Notes: generated from the sequence alone by a model not told the origin. DNA of 64,000 nt from Gammaproteobacteria bacterium (GCA_021647705.1 JAKIUF010000007.1:76751-140750); one strand, 5' to 3'; shown: positions 42,401 to 54,599, counted from the first letter of the stretch. A program made the numbers and translations.

Positions 42401-42505
42401 ACCACAGGCTTCAACGTGGGATTACAAAACCAAAGTCTATCGACAACAGCAGGCCCGCTCCGCGGCATCGCCATCCGTCGCCTGCCCGCTAAACAAACAC
42501 CGTGA
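39473..42505 (+). CDS. Lipoprotein S8 (subtilisin-like) serine protease with PKD, PPC-like and BACON-like domains
   Basis: ILSGC lipobox, WNFGDG PKD motif, catalytic VIDSG / HGTHVAG / GTSMAAPH. True start may be the GTG at about 39527. Confidence 0.92.
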   Translation: MDHRELRHQKQSKKRNYLVLNNKALHPVLKWILLSFTLLGILSGCDGGDKSPSPDSNNLPTARFTASLNSGVAPLAVNFNASASSDNGGQIISYHWNFGDGQTSNNITASHTFTNPGSYTITLTVTDNNGAKNNTSQTIVAASSQQNNTLSGTITSAAGSIADSDINDPRAFYAANDTPDQAQPIPNPVMLGGYVNVAGTGYTGRSRSSGDRVDFFSISLAANQSITLNIADHSTGDLDLYLYKDDGSIDLKKPDNMSRGTGKTETLTVAEAGNYIIEVYAFNDTDNPNDGYSNYALVVGQSVQNTAAHTTGRLVLTDHFVPGEIIVRFRDDALNSKANQTPTTRAASLGLQAKAGANNRAMLLGLGDLQARQASFRTLGITAKQKNADPLRQFRSADPEKQLKMDTLQVIKALRKRNDVLYAEPNYIYQAQLIPTDPYYKFQWHYPLINLPGAWDVSTGDANVIVAVIDSGVLLNHPDLQGQFSADGGYDFIQNNTISQDGEPGIDNNPDDPGDQAAPGGRSSFHGTHVAGTIAAATSFGGGGIGVAGVAPGVKIMPLRVLGVGGGTGYDIFQAMRYAAGLSNDSGTVPAQKADIINLSLGGGPFIQAMQDLITQTRNEGIVIVAAAGNSRTSTLAYPASYDGVISVSAVDINKQLAGYSNFGSAIDVTAPGGNIGRDINGDGRPDGVLSTVGDDSGNSIKLDVYSEYQGTSMAAPHMAGVVALMKSVYSNLTPANVDSLLSSGKIVQDLGTLGWDNQFGHGLIDARKAVDEAALLESPGSNPDTPFLNVSPISLNFGNNETSLSLSMVNGDSGELSVTSVNDDATWLTVTANAVDATTQLGSYQIMVDRTGLATGTYTANITIVSSANSVTVPVIQQVGGAGISTDAGYQYVLLLNADNGSPVQQWAGSAQNGSYPFQFNNVDFSAEQNYLIITGTDQNNDNIICDAGEACGAYITQIQPKTIAADDPHSGLDFTTGFNVGLQNQSLSTTAGPLRGIAIRRLPAKQTP

Positions 42506-43035
42506 CCATGCCCAACAATATACGATTTACTGCCACCATCGCATCTGTCTTGCTGTTGCTACCATTGGTAGCCGCTTGCCAACCAAAAATGCACCATCTT
42601 CAGCAGCAAGACAAACTGCCTGCTGTTGAAGCGCTATACACAAGCCAGCAATGCGGCCGCAGCCAGAGCACGCCCTCCATCACCTGGATTGATAATGCCC
42701 AACAACTGGAAGCCAGCATCAAACAAATTCAAGGCACAATACTCGATGGCAAGCTCCAGGCACTACCGGAACTGGATTTTCAACACGACATAGCCCTGTT
42801 AGTCGAAATGGGGCAACGTCCTACGCTAGGCTACCAAATCGCACTAAGCGGGACCGATAACCTGCACATCACACAGGGACAGGCCCATCTAACACTGGAC
42901 TGGATACAACCCCCGGCCGATGCCATGGTTGCACAAATGATCAGCAGTCCCTGCCTGCTGCTTAAACTTAAGCGAGGGGACTATACCTCTGTGCAGATTC
43001 GAGACAAGCAAGGAACGATTAAAGCAGGCAGCTGA
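42502..43035 (+). CDS. PrcB C-terminal-domain lipoprotein (protease complex subunit)
   Basis: LVAAC lipobox; MGQRPTLGYQI..PPADAMVAQMISSPC pattern; overlaps the S8 stop (GTGA). Confidence 0.75.
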   Translation: MTMPNNIRFTATIASVLLLLPLVAACQPKMHHLQQQDKLPAVEALYTSQQCGRSQSTPSITWIDNAQQLEASIKQIQGTILDGKLQALPELDFQHDIALLVEMGQRPTLGYQIALSGTDNLHITQGQAHLTLDWIQPPADAMVAQMISSPCLLLKLKRGDYTSVQIRDKQGTIKAGS

Positions 43036-43070
43036 AGGCACTTCCCCCGCATACTCATACTTGCCTAAAC

Positions 43071-43100
43071 GTAGGGTGGGCACGTTTTTTGTGCCCACGC
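43071..43100. repeat. GTAG-type REP hairpin
   Basis: GTAGGGTGGGCAC-GTTTTTT-GTGCCCAC. Confidence 0.65.
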
Positions 43101-43221
43101 GGGCATGCAGTTTTTTGAACCGTGACGTTCCCTGCAAGCATTTAATATTGTTTGATAAGCAAGTACAAAAATCCACCTTGCCATCAACCATATCCATACA
43201 TTTACACATCAACGTGTCTAA

Positions 43222-43650
43222 TTAACTTATAACATTGAGCTCAGGCAAATCAAGCCAGGCACACTTGTTTTCATTCTCTACCGAGAGTGTAGGCTCCAGC
43301 AAAGGGTCTTCACTGAAACACCCTCCCGCTATACCCGTCATTTCAGACATGCCGACTGGCATTTTGGGAAATTTAGAAATTTTCCAGTACAGTGTAGTGC
43401 CACATAAACTGCAAAAATATCTTTTTTGCTCAGTTTCATCATTGATAATTTCGTAAACATTTGTATTTCCACTTCGACTCTTGATCTGCGAGTCGAAAAA
43501 ATAGGCTGACATACCAAATGCACTCCCCGTTCTCTTTTTGCAGTCGTTACAATGGCATACCAGATGGATTTTTGGCTCACCTTCGACTTTTATTTCCGAT
43601 TGCCCACAACAACATATCGCTGTTCTATACATGACCTCTTCCTTTTTCAT
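43222..43650 (-). CDS. GFA (CENP-V) family Zn protein
   Basis: CCCG, CHCNDCKKRTGSAF and RYFCSLCGT motifs. Confidence 0.9.
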   Translation of the reverse strand: MKKEEVMYRTAICCCGQSEIKVEGEPKIHLVCHCNDCKKRTGSAFGMSAYFFDSQIKSRSGNTNVYEIINDETEQKRYFCSLCGTTLYWKISKFPKMPVGMSEMTGIAGGCFSEDPLLEPTLSVENENKCAWLDLPELNVIS

Positions 43651-43688
43651 CGGTTATAGCATCGTCAGAATACGTTAAATGTCTCAAC

Positions 43689-43722
43689 GAATACTCCACC
43701 AGCTTTAACCAGTGGAGTATTC
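43689..43722. repeat. Palindrome resembling an IS200/IS605-type end or REP
   Basis: GAATACTCCAC-N12-GTGGAGTATTC. Confidence 0.4.
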
Positions 43723-43867
43723 ACTATTTACTAGCATGACCTGCCAAACATCTCAATCAGAAAATTTTATCCTTTCTTCCAATCATTCAGGCTTTACACC
43801 CTCTGTAAGAATTATGATAAAAATGCCCCATCTATTTTGAAAATTCATTAACTGATATTACGCAGAT

Positions 43868-44060
43868 CTCAAATATGAATTAAATGCTAAAAACATCTGT
43901 TTTAAAAATCACCGAATATTTAACGTAAAGAACACGTGGAAGAAAATATTTAGTGTTTTTCTCTGCGTCCATTGCGCCTCTGCGTTTATAACACACCACT
44001 TGCCAGCACCACTGACAACATAACCGCTCAACACACTGGAAAAACTACCCAAGGTTTTCT
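43868..44060 (+). repeat. Dispersed hairpin element subfamily B, degenerate left arm
   Basis: Colinear with 57233-57430 (CTCAAATA..TTAA..AAAAACATCTGTTTTAA..TTATAACAC..ACACTGGA). Confidence 0.8.
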
Positions 44061-44762
44061 GACATTACTCAAATTTCAGTCAAAACACGAATTTTAACGC
44101 CATATAAAAACCGTCATTTATTGATTCATTGTTTAAACACGCGACATCATTTATTAACATAAAGAAATAAAACCCTTTGAAAATAACAAGAAAACATTAC
44201 CAGAATAAATTCGATTAAAAAAACAGACAAAACCAATCACAAAACGCACCAAAAACATTACCCCAAAAATAACGGTAACAATAAAATTTAAACACTCCTA
44301 AATTGCAACGCATATTTATAAAATTATGAAATTGCAAATATTAAAATAACCATAGATTTACTAAAAAGTTACATGTAGGATCGCGATTATCATACAAACT
44401 TAAAAAAAACATACTGGTGATCAGCAAATTAAAAATTGAATTTATTTCAATAAAAAAATCATGTGGAAATTAACATTCGCAAAGAATTAACCCGCACACA
44501 AAAAGGAATGCCCCCCTATCCAGGAAGGAAAGAATCAAACATAAGACCTTGAAGCCAAGCCTATCTTTACAGGCACATCATCAATAAAAACATATACCCA
44601 ACTATTTATCGGATAGCTGGATCTGGATTGTCTAGGACTACCATAAAATTATCGTTATAAACATTTTTTACCGTACGAAATATTATTCCTCCTGAAAATC
44701 AAAACCAGCAATTTATAAAAAAATAAAGATAAAACACAAATAAAAAAACGTGCATTTCCTCA

Positions 44763-44792
44763 CTATATAAAAAATTTATGTTTTTTATATAG
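44763..44792. promoter_or_regulatory. Perfect 12-bp inverted repeat upstream of the multicopper oxidase, possible operator
   Basis: CTATATAAAAAA-N6-TTTTTTATATAG. The AT-rich context weakens its significance. Confidence 0.35.
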
Positions 44793-44933
44793 CTATAACC
44801 TGAAAGTGCTGCTGAACATTATTTCCAACAACTCAAAAAACTAAAACTTCATTTTCAGAGGAGATCTTAATAAAGAGTAAAAAACTTTATCCGCAAGACC
44901 AAAATATATTTAAAAATGGGAAGGTAATTTATA

Positions 44934-47216
44934 ATGCAAAGAAAAACACCCCACACACTAAGACAAAAAAGAATGCATGCCACCGTGGGACTGGCATTTA
45001 TCAGCAGCATTTTTCTGGCCGCCAATGCAGCAACACTTCCAGGAGGAACACTCGACCCAACCAGTATTCCCAAGTACATTACACCACTGGTTATCCCTCC
45101 CGTTATGCCGCAGAACACCAACGGTGGTTATGACATTGCAGTACGTCAGTTTCAACAACAAATTCTACCTGTAAACTTTCCATCAACTACGGTTTGGAGT
45201 TATGGGCGTGAGGAAGATCAAGTACCCGATTTAGCACCCTCTGCTTCCAGCACGTTTAATTACCCGGCATTTACCATTGAAGCTATTAAAGATGAACGCA
45301 TCACGATTAACTGGATCAATGATCTGACTGATAAAAATGGCAACTACCTGCCTCACCTTGTACCCATTGATCAGACATTACACTGGGCCAACCCGATGCA
45401 AGATTGCCGCAAGGGTCCACCCCGTACTGATTGCCAAGGTAACAGCCAGGATCTTTATACCGGCCCTGTACCGGTTATAACCCACGTTCATGGTGCGCAC
45501 ACCACACCAGAAAGCGATGGTTTCCCGGAAGCCTGGTACCTGCCTGCTGCAAATAATTTACCCGCCGGTATTGCCACCGAAGGTTCTCTCTACAGTGACT
45601 CCAATGGTGGAACACCAGGAACAGGGTCTGCTCTTTTCGAATATAGTAATGACCAACCTTCCGCGACCTTGTGGTATCACGATCATACTTTGGGCATGAC
45701 GCGGGCAAATGTATATGCCGGGCCTGCCGGTTTTTATCTCATCCGAGAAAAGGACGGTGGTGAAACATACATGAAACGCGGCATATTACCCGGACCAGCG
45801 CCAGCCCTGGACAGTAACGGTCATCCTGAGGATGTTAATGGGCTAACGGTTCACTCTGTTCGTGGAAAAATGCGTGAAATTCCCATTGTGATTCAGGATC
45901 GTTCATTTAACGCTGACGGTTCACTTTTCTACCCGGACAATCGTGCATTTTTTGAGGGAATCAGTGTTGATCAATTACAAATCCCCTTCATTGGAGATGC
46001 TAACGGTACAGCCTCGGATATTTCCCCAAGGTGGAATCCTGAGGCTTTCTTTAACACCATGGTAGTGAACGGCAGCACTTGGCCCAAATTACAGGTAGCA
46101 CCGGCACTTTATCGCTTTCGTCTGTTGAATGGTGCTAATTCACGTTTTTTGAATCTGGCACTGTTTGAGGTTGATCAGTCCGGTAACCGTATTCGTGAAA
46201 TTCCATTTTTCCAGATTGGCAGCGATCTGAGCTTACTGAAAAACACGGTTAAAATACGCACAGGCTTTAAAACAAAAGCCAAAAGACTAAAACATCCATT
46301 GCTCGAAAACAATCTGAAAGAAAAGCCAGCAGATCACCCGGCAGAAGCCTTGTTGATGGGGCCTGCTGAACGCATGGACGTTATTGTTGACTTCCGCAGC
46401 ATGACAACAAATACCCGTATTCTCATGGTTAACACAGCTCCTGATGCACCTTTTGGTGGTTTCCCGGATACACCTGCTGACCCTGTAACAACAGGCCAGG
46501 TGATGATGTTTGAAGTTAATTCACAACTTAATGGCTTAAGCCCAACAGATCCTGCCGGAGCAACCCCGGCAACCCATCCCTGGAAGCTCAAGGTTAAAAA
46601 CAAAGCTAGAAGCCTAAAAGTTCCCAAAAGCAAAATAACAAAACGCAAGCTGGCATTACTGGAAGAAGAATCCACTAAAGTCTGTGCCACTGAAGATCCC
46701 GCTGGCAATATCATTCAATTGGCCGGCATCGCCATAGGCCCAAATTTTGTGGCTGACTGTGAAGCTGCTGGTGGATTCCCATTCGCACCCAAAGCTGCGG
46801 TACTGGGTAATATTTCCAGAAATGGTAGTGCGATTGCTCAACTCTGGTCTGACCCGATTCGTCAAACACCAAGGCTGAATAGCGTTGAAGAGTGGGAACT
46901 ATGGAATCTGACTGCAGATGCTCATCCCATCCATCTTCATTTGGTGAAATTTCGAGTGATAGAACGTCGCGTAATCGGCGGTAAAAAAGAAAAACCTGAG
47001 CTAAACGAAAGAGGCTGGAAAGATACCGTCGTTACTTATCCTGGAGAAATCACCAAAATTCGCGCCAAATTCGATATTCCAGGTCTGTATGTCTGGCACT
47101 GTCACATACTGGAGCACGAGGACAATGAAATGATGGTTCCATTCTGTGTCGGTAATGATAGTGACGGCACCCGGGCAGATGGCAAGGATATCTGTGGCAA
47201 TCTTCCCGTAATGTAA
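44934..47216 (+). CDS. Secreted multicopper oxidase (CotA/bilirubin-oxidase-like)
   Basis: Signal peptide; all four Cu motifs THVHG, WYHDH, HPIHLH and WHCHILEHEDNEM. Confidence 0.93.
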   Translation: MQRKTPHTLRQKRMHATVGLAFISSIFLAANAATLPGGTLDPTSIPKYITPLVIPPVMPQNTNGGYDIAVRQFQQQILPVNFPSTTVWSYGREEDQVPDLAPSASSTFNYPAFTIEAIKDERITINWINDLTDKNGNYLPHLVPIDQTLHWANPMQDCRKGPPRTDCQGNSQDLYTGPVPVITHVHGAHTTPESDGFPEAWYLPAANNLPAGIATEGSLYSDSNGGTPGTGSALFEYSNDQPSATLWYHDHTLGMTRANVYAGPAGFYLIREKDGGETYMKRGILPGPAPALDSNGHPEDVNGLTVHSVRGKMREIPIVIQDRSFNADGSLFYPDNRAFFEGISVDQLQIPFIGDANGTASDISPRWNPEAFFNTMVVNGSTWPKLQVAPALYRFRLLNGANSRFLNLALFEVDQSGNRIREIPFFQIGSDLSLLKNTVKIRTGFKTKAKRLKHPLLENNLKEKPADHPAEALLMGPAERMDVIVDFRSMTTNTRILMVNTAPDAPFGGFPDTPADPVTTGQVMMFEVNSQLNGLSPTDPAGATPATHPWKLKVKNKARSLKVPKSKITKRKLALLEEESTKVCATEDPAGNIIQLAGIAIGPNFVADCEAAGGFPFAPKAAVLGNISRNGSAIAQLWSDPIRQTPRLNSVEEWELWNLTADAHPIHLHLVKFRVIERRVIGGKKEKPELNERGWKDTVVTYPGEITKIRAKFDIPGLYVWHCHILEHEDNEMMVPFCVGNDSDGTRADGKDICGNLPVM

Positions 47217-47244
47217 ATAAACATAGATTTTCATATTTTATGAT

Positions 47245-47278
47245 AAAGAGACGGCCTTTCGAGGGCGTCTCTTTTTTA
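47245..47278 (+). terminator. Rho-independent terminator
   Basis: AAAGAGACG-GCCTTTCGAGGG-CGTCTCTTTTTT. Confidence 0.8.
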
Positions 47279-47389
47279 TACCCATAGCATTTAGGATTTA
47301 TATCCATCGCTATAAGTATAAATCACAAAAACACCTGGAACTAAAAAAGCCTAAATACCCTGGATATATCTGGAGGAAGCAAAGATAAA

Positions 47390-48109
47390 ATGAAAAATTT
47401 AAAAAATGCTATAAGCCTTGCCCTAGTAATTACAACCTGCACTATCGCTCAAGCCGAAGAAAAAACACTGAAAACTGATGCGGCACGTATCAACTATAGT
47501 GTTGGCTATCAGATAGGAGGAGATTTTAAACGTCAGGGTGTCACACTTGACGTTGATGCTTTAGCACAAGGTATTGCCGATGCAATTGCAGAGGGTGATA
47601 CCCTGATGTCATCCCAGGAAATGCGCACAACACTGATTGAACTTAAACGCAATATTACGGCTGCCGAAGAAAAGGAAATTGAACTGGGAGCCATTAATAA
47701 ACGACGCATCGCTGATGAAAAACTTGCCAATGGTGCCGCTTTTCTGGCCGGAAATGCAAAAAAAGACGGGGTAATCAGCCTGATTTCAGGATTGCAATAT
47801 AAAATAATCAAGGCAGGGACTGGCCGAAAACCAACATTAAAAGATGAAGTTACTGTTCATTATCGGGGAACACTGATTAGCGGGCGTGAATTTGATAGCT
47901 CTCAACGCCGAGGTAAGCCAGTTGTTTTTACACTTGAAAGTGTTATTCCAGGCTGGCAGGAAGCTTTACCGCTTATGCGGGAAGGAGCCACATGGGAAAT
48001 CTACATTCCAGAAAGCCTGGCTTATGGCCGCCGAGGCCCATTAGCCTATCAATCATTAATATTTAAAGTAGAACTGTTATCAATTGCTAAAACCGCCAGT
48101 GAATCATAA
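47390..48109 (+). CDS. FKBP-type peptidyl-prolyl isomerase (Mip/FklB-like)
   Basis: YSVGYQIG N-domain; SGLQY, VHYRGTL, FDSS and VIPGWQEAL motifs. Confidence 0.93.
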   Translation: MKNLKNAISLALVITTCTIAQAEEKTLKTDAARINYSVGYQIGGDFKRQGVTLDVDALAQGIADAIAEGDTLMSSQEMRTTLIELKRNITAAEEKEIELGAINKRRIADEKLANGAAFLAGNAKKDGVISLISGLQYKIIKAGTGRKPTLKDEVTVHYRGTLISGREFDSSQRRGKPVVFTLESVIPGWQEALPLMREGATWEIYIPESLAYGRRGPLAYQSLIFKVELLSIAKTASES

Positions 48110-48181
48110 CGAGCTAATCATTCTTTGCATCTACAACTGACATAGCAATGATATTAAGTTACGCCAAACCCCCTACCTGAT

Positions 48182-48255
48182 GTAGGTTGGTGGTGAGCTT
48201 GCGAACCCCAACATCGTCGATTCCGTTGGGGTTCGCAAGCTCACCACCAACCTAC
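48182..48255. repeat. REPIN (perfect 31-bp inverted repeat, GTAG type)
   Basis: GTAGGTTGGTGGTGAGCTTGCGAACCCCAAC-N12-exact reverse complement. Confidence 0.85.
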
Positions 48256-48530
48256 GGTACATCATTTTTATTAATTTATTAAACCCAAAGAGATTAAACA
48301 AAAAATAGCGTGGTAGACTTCAAAATCAATCACACCCAATCGACTTCAAAATAACAGGGAACTATTCCCCCATCTCCAGCACACACTATAACCCAAAACA
48401 TATCACCGCCCACCGCAATAAAACAGATTTACGTTAATGGATACACCTCTGACTTAATTTAAACAGCTTGATACGCTACACTTAGCCAGCATGAAGATAT
48501 TTTGATGAATTTTGTATCAGAAACAAACAT

Positions 48531-49892
48531 ATGAGCAGAAAAAACAAACAACGCAGCTATAAGCCCGGTTTTTTGACGACCATCGGCATAATAGCTCTAT
48601 TAATATTTATTGTTATTCCATTAATGACACTGACATACATCAGCGATTCATATGCGCTTGTCAAAGAAACAGAAAGTGTTGATGCCGACAGTGCGGTCAA
48701 AGTAAAGGAAATCGCCAGACAACTCTATGGTGATTTAATCAACCCCTCATCCTCGCAGAGATCCGAGATCACAATCTCACAAAATGAAATCAATGGCATC
48801 ATTGCATTGGCTATGCGTGGTTTCAAGGGATTCAAAGGACGAGTAAATGTGACACCCATTGGCATTAAAGGGGCTTTCACATTCCATGTACCCAAAAACC
48901 CGTTTGGTGATTATATTAACCTGTCAATAACCATCGACCCGTCACCAAACGCCCTGATTGTCAATCATGTATCTATCGGGAGTCTCGAAATTCCTGGAAC
49001 GCTGGCATTATCCGTCGCTGAAACGTTATTGAACATACTATCAAATAAAGAAGCCATCGGTACTTCATTGATAAATGCCGTAGAATCAATCCAGGTTAAA
49101 AACTCAAAATTACATCTTGTGTATCGCCCCGTTATCGGGTTACGGCAGGCTATCAACAAAACCAAAGGAACCGTTAAAAATATTCGTGATGATCTAGCAT
49201 TACTGGGCGATCCTAAAGTCGTCAAACTCTATTATCAAATGCTGTGTGAATTTCATGAAAAAATTAACGGTATTGGTGATATTTCGCTGGGTTATTATCT
49301 AAGCAGCGCATTTTCTTTTGCTGAAAAGCGTAGTTTTTCAGGCGAAAATCCTGCTGAAGAAAACCAGGCAGCGTTACTCGCTCTCGCTATTTTTTTGGGG
49401 TCCGCTCATTTTGATTCTGTTATTGGCGCAATTGATAAAGAAACTTTTCAGCGCTGCTCGCCCATCAAAGATCATGTTGTACTGGCAGGTCGTGACGATT
49501 TGCGCTTGCATTTCATTTTTTCTGCGGCATTAAAAATCATTTCGGATAGTGGGTTGAGTTTTGCCATTGGTGAATTCAAAGAGCTGCTCGATTCACGGCA
49601 AGGCGGGTCTGGCTTCAGTTTTGTTGACATTGCTGCTGACCGGGCTGGCATTCGCTTTGCAGAACTGGCGTTGGATAATTCCACCGCATCGCACATACAG
49701 CGCATGGCATCAAAACTTACAGAAGAAAATATTTTTTTCCCCTCCATCACCGCACTACCGGAAGGCATTTCACAGCAGGCTTTCGATGCACGCGGAGGAA
49801 TCGAAAGCAACTATTACAAAGAATACCTGGCAACGATCAATGCCCGCATCAACAACCTTCCGCTATACAAGAAAACTATTATGGGGCCATGA
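48531..49892 (+). CDS. Membrane-anchored hypothetical protein
   Basis: N-terminal TM; C-terminal DLRLHFIFSAAL..GEFKELLD..GSGFSFVDIAADRAG block. Confidence 0.75.
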   Translation: MSRKNKQRSYKPGFLTTIGIIALLIFIVIPLMTLTYISDSYALVKETESVDADSAVKVKEIARQLYGDLINPSSSQRSEITISQNEINGIIALAMRGFKGFKGRVNVTPIGIKGAFTFHVPKNPFGDYINLSITIDPSPNALIVNHVSIGSLEIPGTLALSVAETLLNILSNKEAIGTSLINAVESIQVKNSKLHLVYRPVIGLRQAINKTKGTVKNIRDDLALLGDPKVVKLYYQMLCEFHEKINGIGDISLGYYLSSAFSFAEKRSFSGENPAEENQAALLALAIFLGSAHFDSVIGAIDKETFQRCSPIKDHVVLAGRDDLRLHFIFSAALKIISDSGLSFAIGEFKELLDSRQGGSGFSFVDIAADRAGIRFAELALDNSTASHIQRMASKLTEENIFFPSITALPEGISQQAFDARGGIESNYYKEYLATINARINNLPLYKKTIMGP

Positions 49893-49952
49893 TTTGACTA
49901 ATTTTTAACATAAACATAAACGGAGCCCCCATCAAAAAATTCCCAATGCCCG

Positions 49953-50450
49953 CTAATACCGCCCGCCCGATTTATGGATGTAATTGGATAATTCCTGTGT
50001 TTCCACATTCATGCGCATCAAATTCATATGCGTTAAACGAAACAAGCCACGCATAACTTTGTAAACGATACGAGGGTGTGACTCCAGCAGACATTCAAAA
50101 TCAGCGGGGGCCAGGGTATAAACCATAGTATTGCCTTCCGCCGTCAGAGTTGCTCGACGAGGTGCCAAGTCTACAAAAGCGCGGGTGCCTGCACACTCTC
50201 CCACTTTCATGGTGTAAACGGGAACATTTTTTCCATCAATTTCACTACTGACAATCAATTTTCCTTTTGTCAGAATAAACAGCCTATTGTCATCCTCGCC
50301 TTCTTTCACTAACACTTCGCCATCTGTCAGTGAGCGTACTTTCATGACGTTTGTCAGTACCTGGCATTCACCCTTTTCCAGTTCTTGCCCCAGCGAAGAA
50401 TCGACGATTGCTTCGCATTCCAGTTGTTGATCTTTGTCTTTTTGGCTCAT
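49953..50450 (-). CDS. Stand-alone cyclic-nucleotide-binding-domain protein
   Basis: VLVKEGE..LFILTKGKL..GECAG..PRRATL; no HTH; start at ATG 50450. Confidence 0.85.
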   Translation of the reverse strand: MSQKDKDQQLECEAIVDSSLGQELEKGECQVLTNVMKVRSLTDGEVLVKEGEDDNRLFILTKGKLIVSSEIDGKNVPVYTMKVGECAGTRAFVDLAPRRATLTAEGNTMVYTLAPADFECLLESHPRIVYKVMRGLFRLTHMNLMRMNVETQELSNYIHKSGGRY

Positions 50451-50603
50451 GTTGTTATTCCCCCGTTTGTTGTTCACTCACTCTGATAAAACTGCATGTC
50501 CGATAAAAATACACGGCCATTGTTAATCTGTCACTTTATAACGATCCTTTAATGTAAATTAAAGGCTGAATCACTCTGTCAGCGTTTTTTTACTGGAGGC
50601 ACC

Positions 50604-50794
50604 CTCATTCCGTCCAGTACAGTGAGAACTTATATTGTCGTGGTACTGACAAGTGGCGCGTTATAAACGCAGAGGTCGCAGAGACGCAGAGGCACAGAGA
50701 AAAACACTAAAAACTCTGTGCCTCTGCGTCTCTGCGACCTCTGTGTTAAATACCCGGTAATGCTTAAAAAAGTATTTTCAGTGCTTAATTCACA
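50604..50794 (-). repeat. Dispersed hairpin element subfamily B, near-perfect hairpin
   Basis: AACGCAGAGGTCGCAGAGACGCAGAGGCACAGAG-loop-CTCTGTGCCTCTGCGTCTCTGCGACCTCTGTGTT plus the shared flanks. Confidence 0.88.
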
Positions 50795-50810
50795 TTTTAT
50801 TTGTCACACA

Positions 50811-53389
<2,579 letters not shown>

Positions 53390-53429
53390 AATACTGTCCT
53401 TAATGACTACTCTTTACAGGGTGATTTGA

Positions 53430-54389
53430 GTGACGTTGATAAACAGCTATCATAACAAGAACTTCTGCCGACCGGCGTATCATGCCCGTGCATTTTCTCT
53501 TACGCTTATGCTTTTTTTGCTGGCAACATTATTGCCCATGCTGGCTACTGCCGGGGAAAAGTCCGCCCCTCCATCCCTGGAAGATGCCCGTTGGTTTCAG
53601 GTGGAACTGATCCTTTTCGCCCAGAGGAATGGCGAGCCGCTGGATGCCGAACAATGGCCGGATATCGAAGGCCCGACCCTGCCCGATACCCTGCTGGAGC
53701 TGTATTTGCCACAGGATGCCAGCACTGCTAAAAATCAGGTTTCCACTGATGCAACCATCCGCTCTTCTGAAAACAGCCTCCAGTTGCCGCCCGCCTACCA
53801 GATTCTAGGCGACGATGCCTTACAACTTACCGATGCCGTCAAAAAACTCCAGCGTTCGCCCCGTTTCACGCCTCTGCTGCACATTGCCTGGCAGCAGCCG
53901 ACCTATAACAGGCAGCAAGCACAGCCGATCTTTTTCATGGAAGGCATGGACAAGCCACTGTCGGTTGAAGCCGGTGGGAAAATCACACCGGGGACCGATG
54001 ATAAAATCGGCCCGCCCAACCCCCTCTTTGTCGGTACCGTAACCCTCAGTGTCGAACGTTACCTGCATCTGGCGGCAGACCTGTTTTATCGACAACCCGT
54101 CGCCCAACAATTGGCCATACCCATTTCCGACCTGGATCTTTGGTATGACCGTCCTTATCCCACCTTGAAAGAGCCCCAGGGTCCAGCGTATCGACTGAAA
54201 TCCTGGCAGGCCATGCGCGGCTTCCGGCTCAAGGAATCACGCCGCATGCGCTCCAAAAAAATTCATTATCTGGATCACCCGTTCATGGGGTTAGTGGTGC
54301 TGATTACGCCAGTGGAATTGCCAGAAGACGCAGAGGAAATTCAGCAGACCAGCCCGCAGAATATTTTGTCAATGCCGGGAAGGCAATAA
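53430..54389 (+). CDS. CsiV-family peptidoglycan-binding protein
   Basis: WFQVELILF, LLHIAWQQ, RYLH and RRMRS..HYLDHP motifs. Start uncertain. Confidence 0.85.
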   Translation: MTLINSYHNKNFCRPAYHARAFSLTLMLFLLATLLPMLATAGEKSAPPSLEDARWFQVELILFAQRNGEPLDAEQWPDIEGPTLPDTLLELYLPQDASTAKNQVSTDATIRSSENSLQLPPAYQILGDDALQLTDAVKKLQRSPRFTPLLHIAWQQPTYNRQQAQPIFFMEGMDKPLSVEAGGKITPGTDDKIGPPNPLFVGTVTLSVERYLHLAADLFYRQPVAQQLAIPISDLDLWYDRPYPTLKEPQGPAYRLKSWQAMRGFRLKESRRMRSKKIHYLDHPFMGLVVLITPVELPEDAEEIQQTSPQNILSMPGRQ

Positions 54390-54393
54390 GTCT

Positions 54394-54599
54394 CTGGAGT
54401 TCAGAGGTGTAAACCTCCGGGTAACGTTCCAGTACAGCGGGAAGTTATGTTGTCGTGGCACTGACAAGTGGCGTGTTATAAACGCAGAGGTCGCAGAGAA
54501 AAACACTAAAAACTTTGCGCCCTCTGCGCCTTTGTGACCTCTCCATCAAATACCCGGTGATTTTTTAAAACCAAGTGTTTGTTAGTGCTTAACTCACCT
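54394..54599 (-). repeat. Dispersed hairpin element subfamily B
   Basis: Colinear with 50604-50794 (TCCAGTACAG..TGTCGTGG..CTGACAAGTGGCG..TTATAAACGCAGAGGTCGCAGAG). Confidence 0.88.

Noticed and set aside
44080-44860. ncRNA or small gene in the AT-rich gap
   Set aside because: No recognisable ORF, tRNA or structured RNA motif by eye.
50660-50750. Short periodic CGCAGAG repeats as a CRISPR array
   Set aside because: No unique spacers and no cas genes; they form one hairpin.
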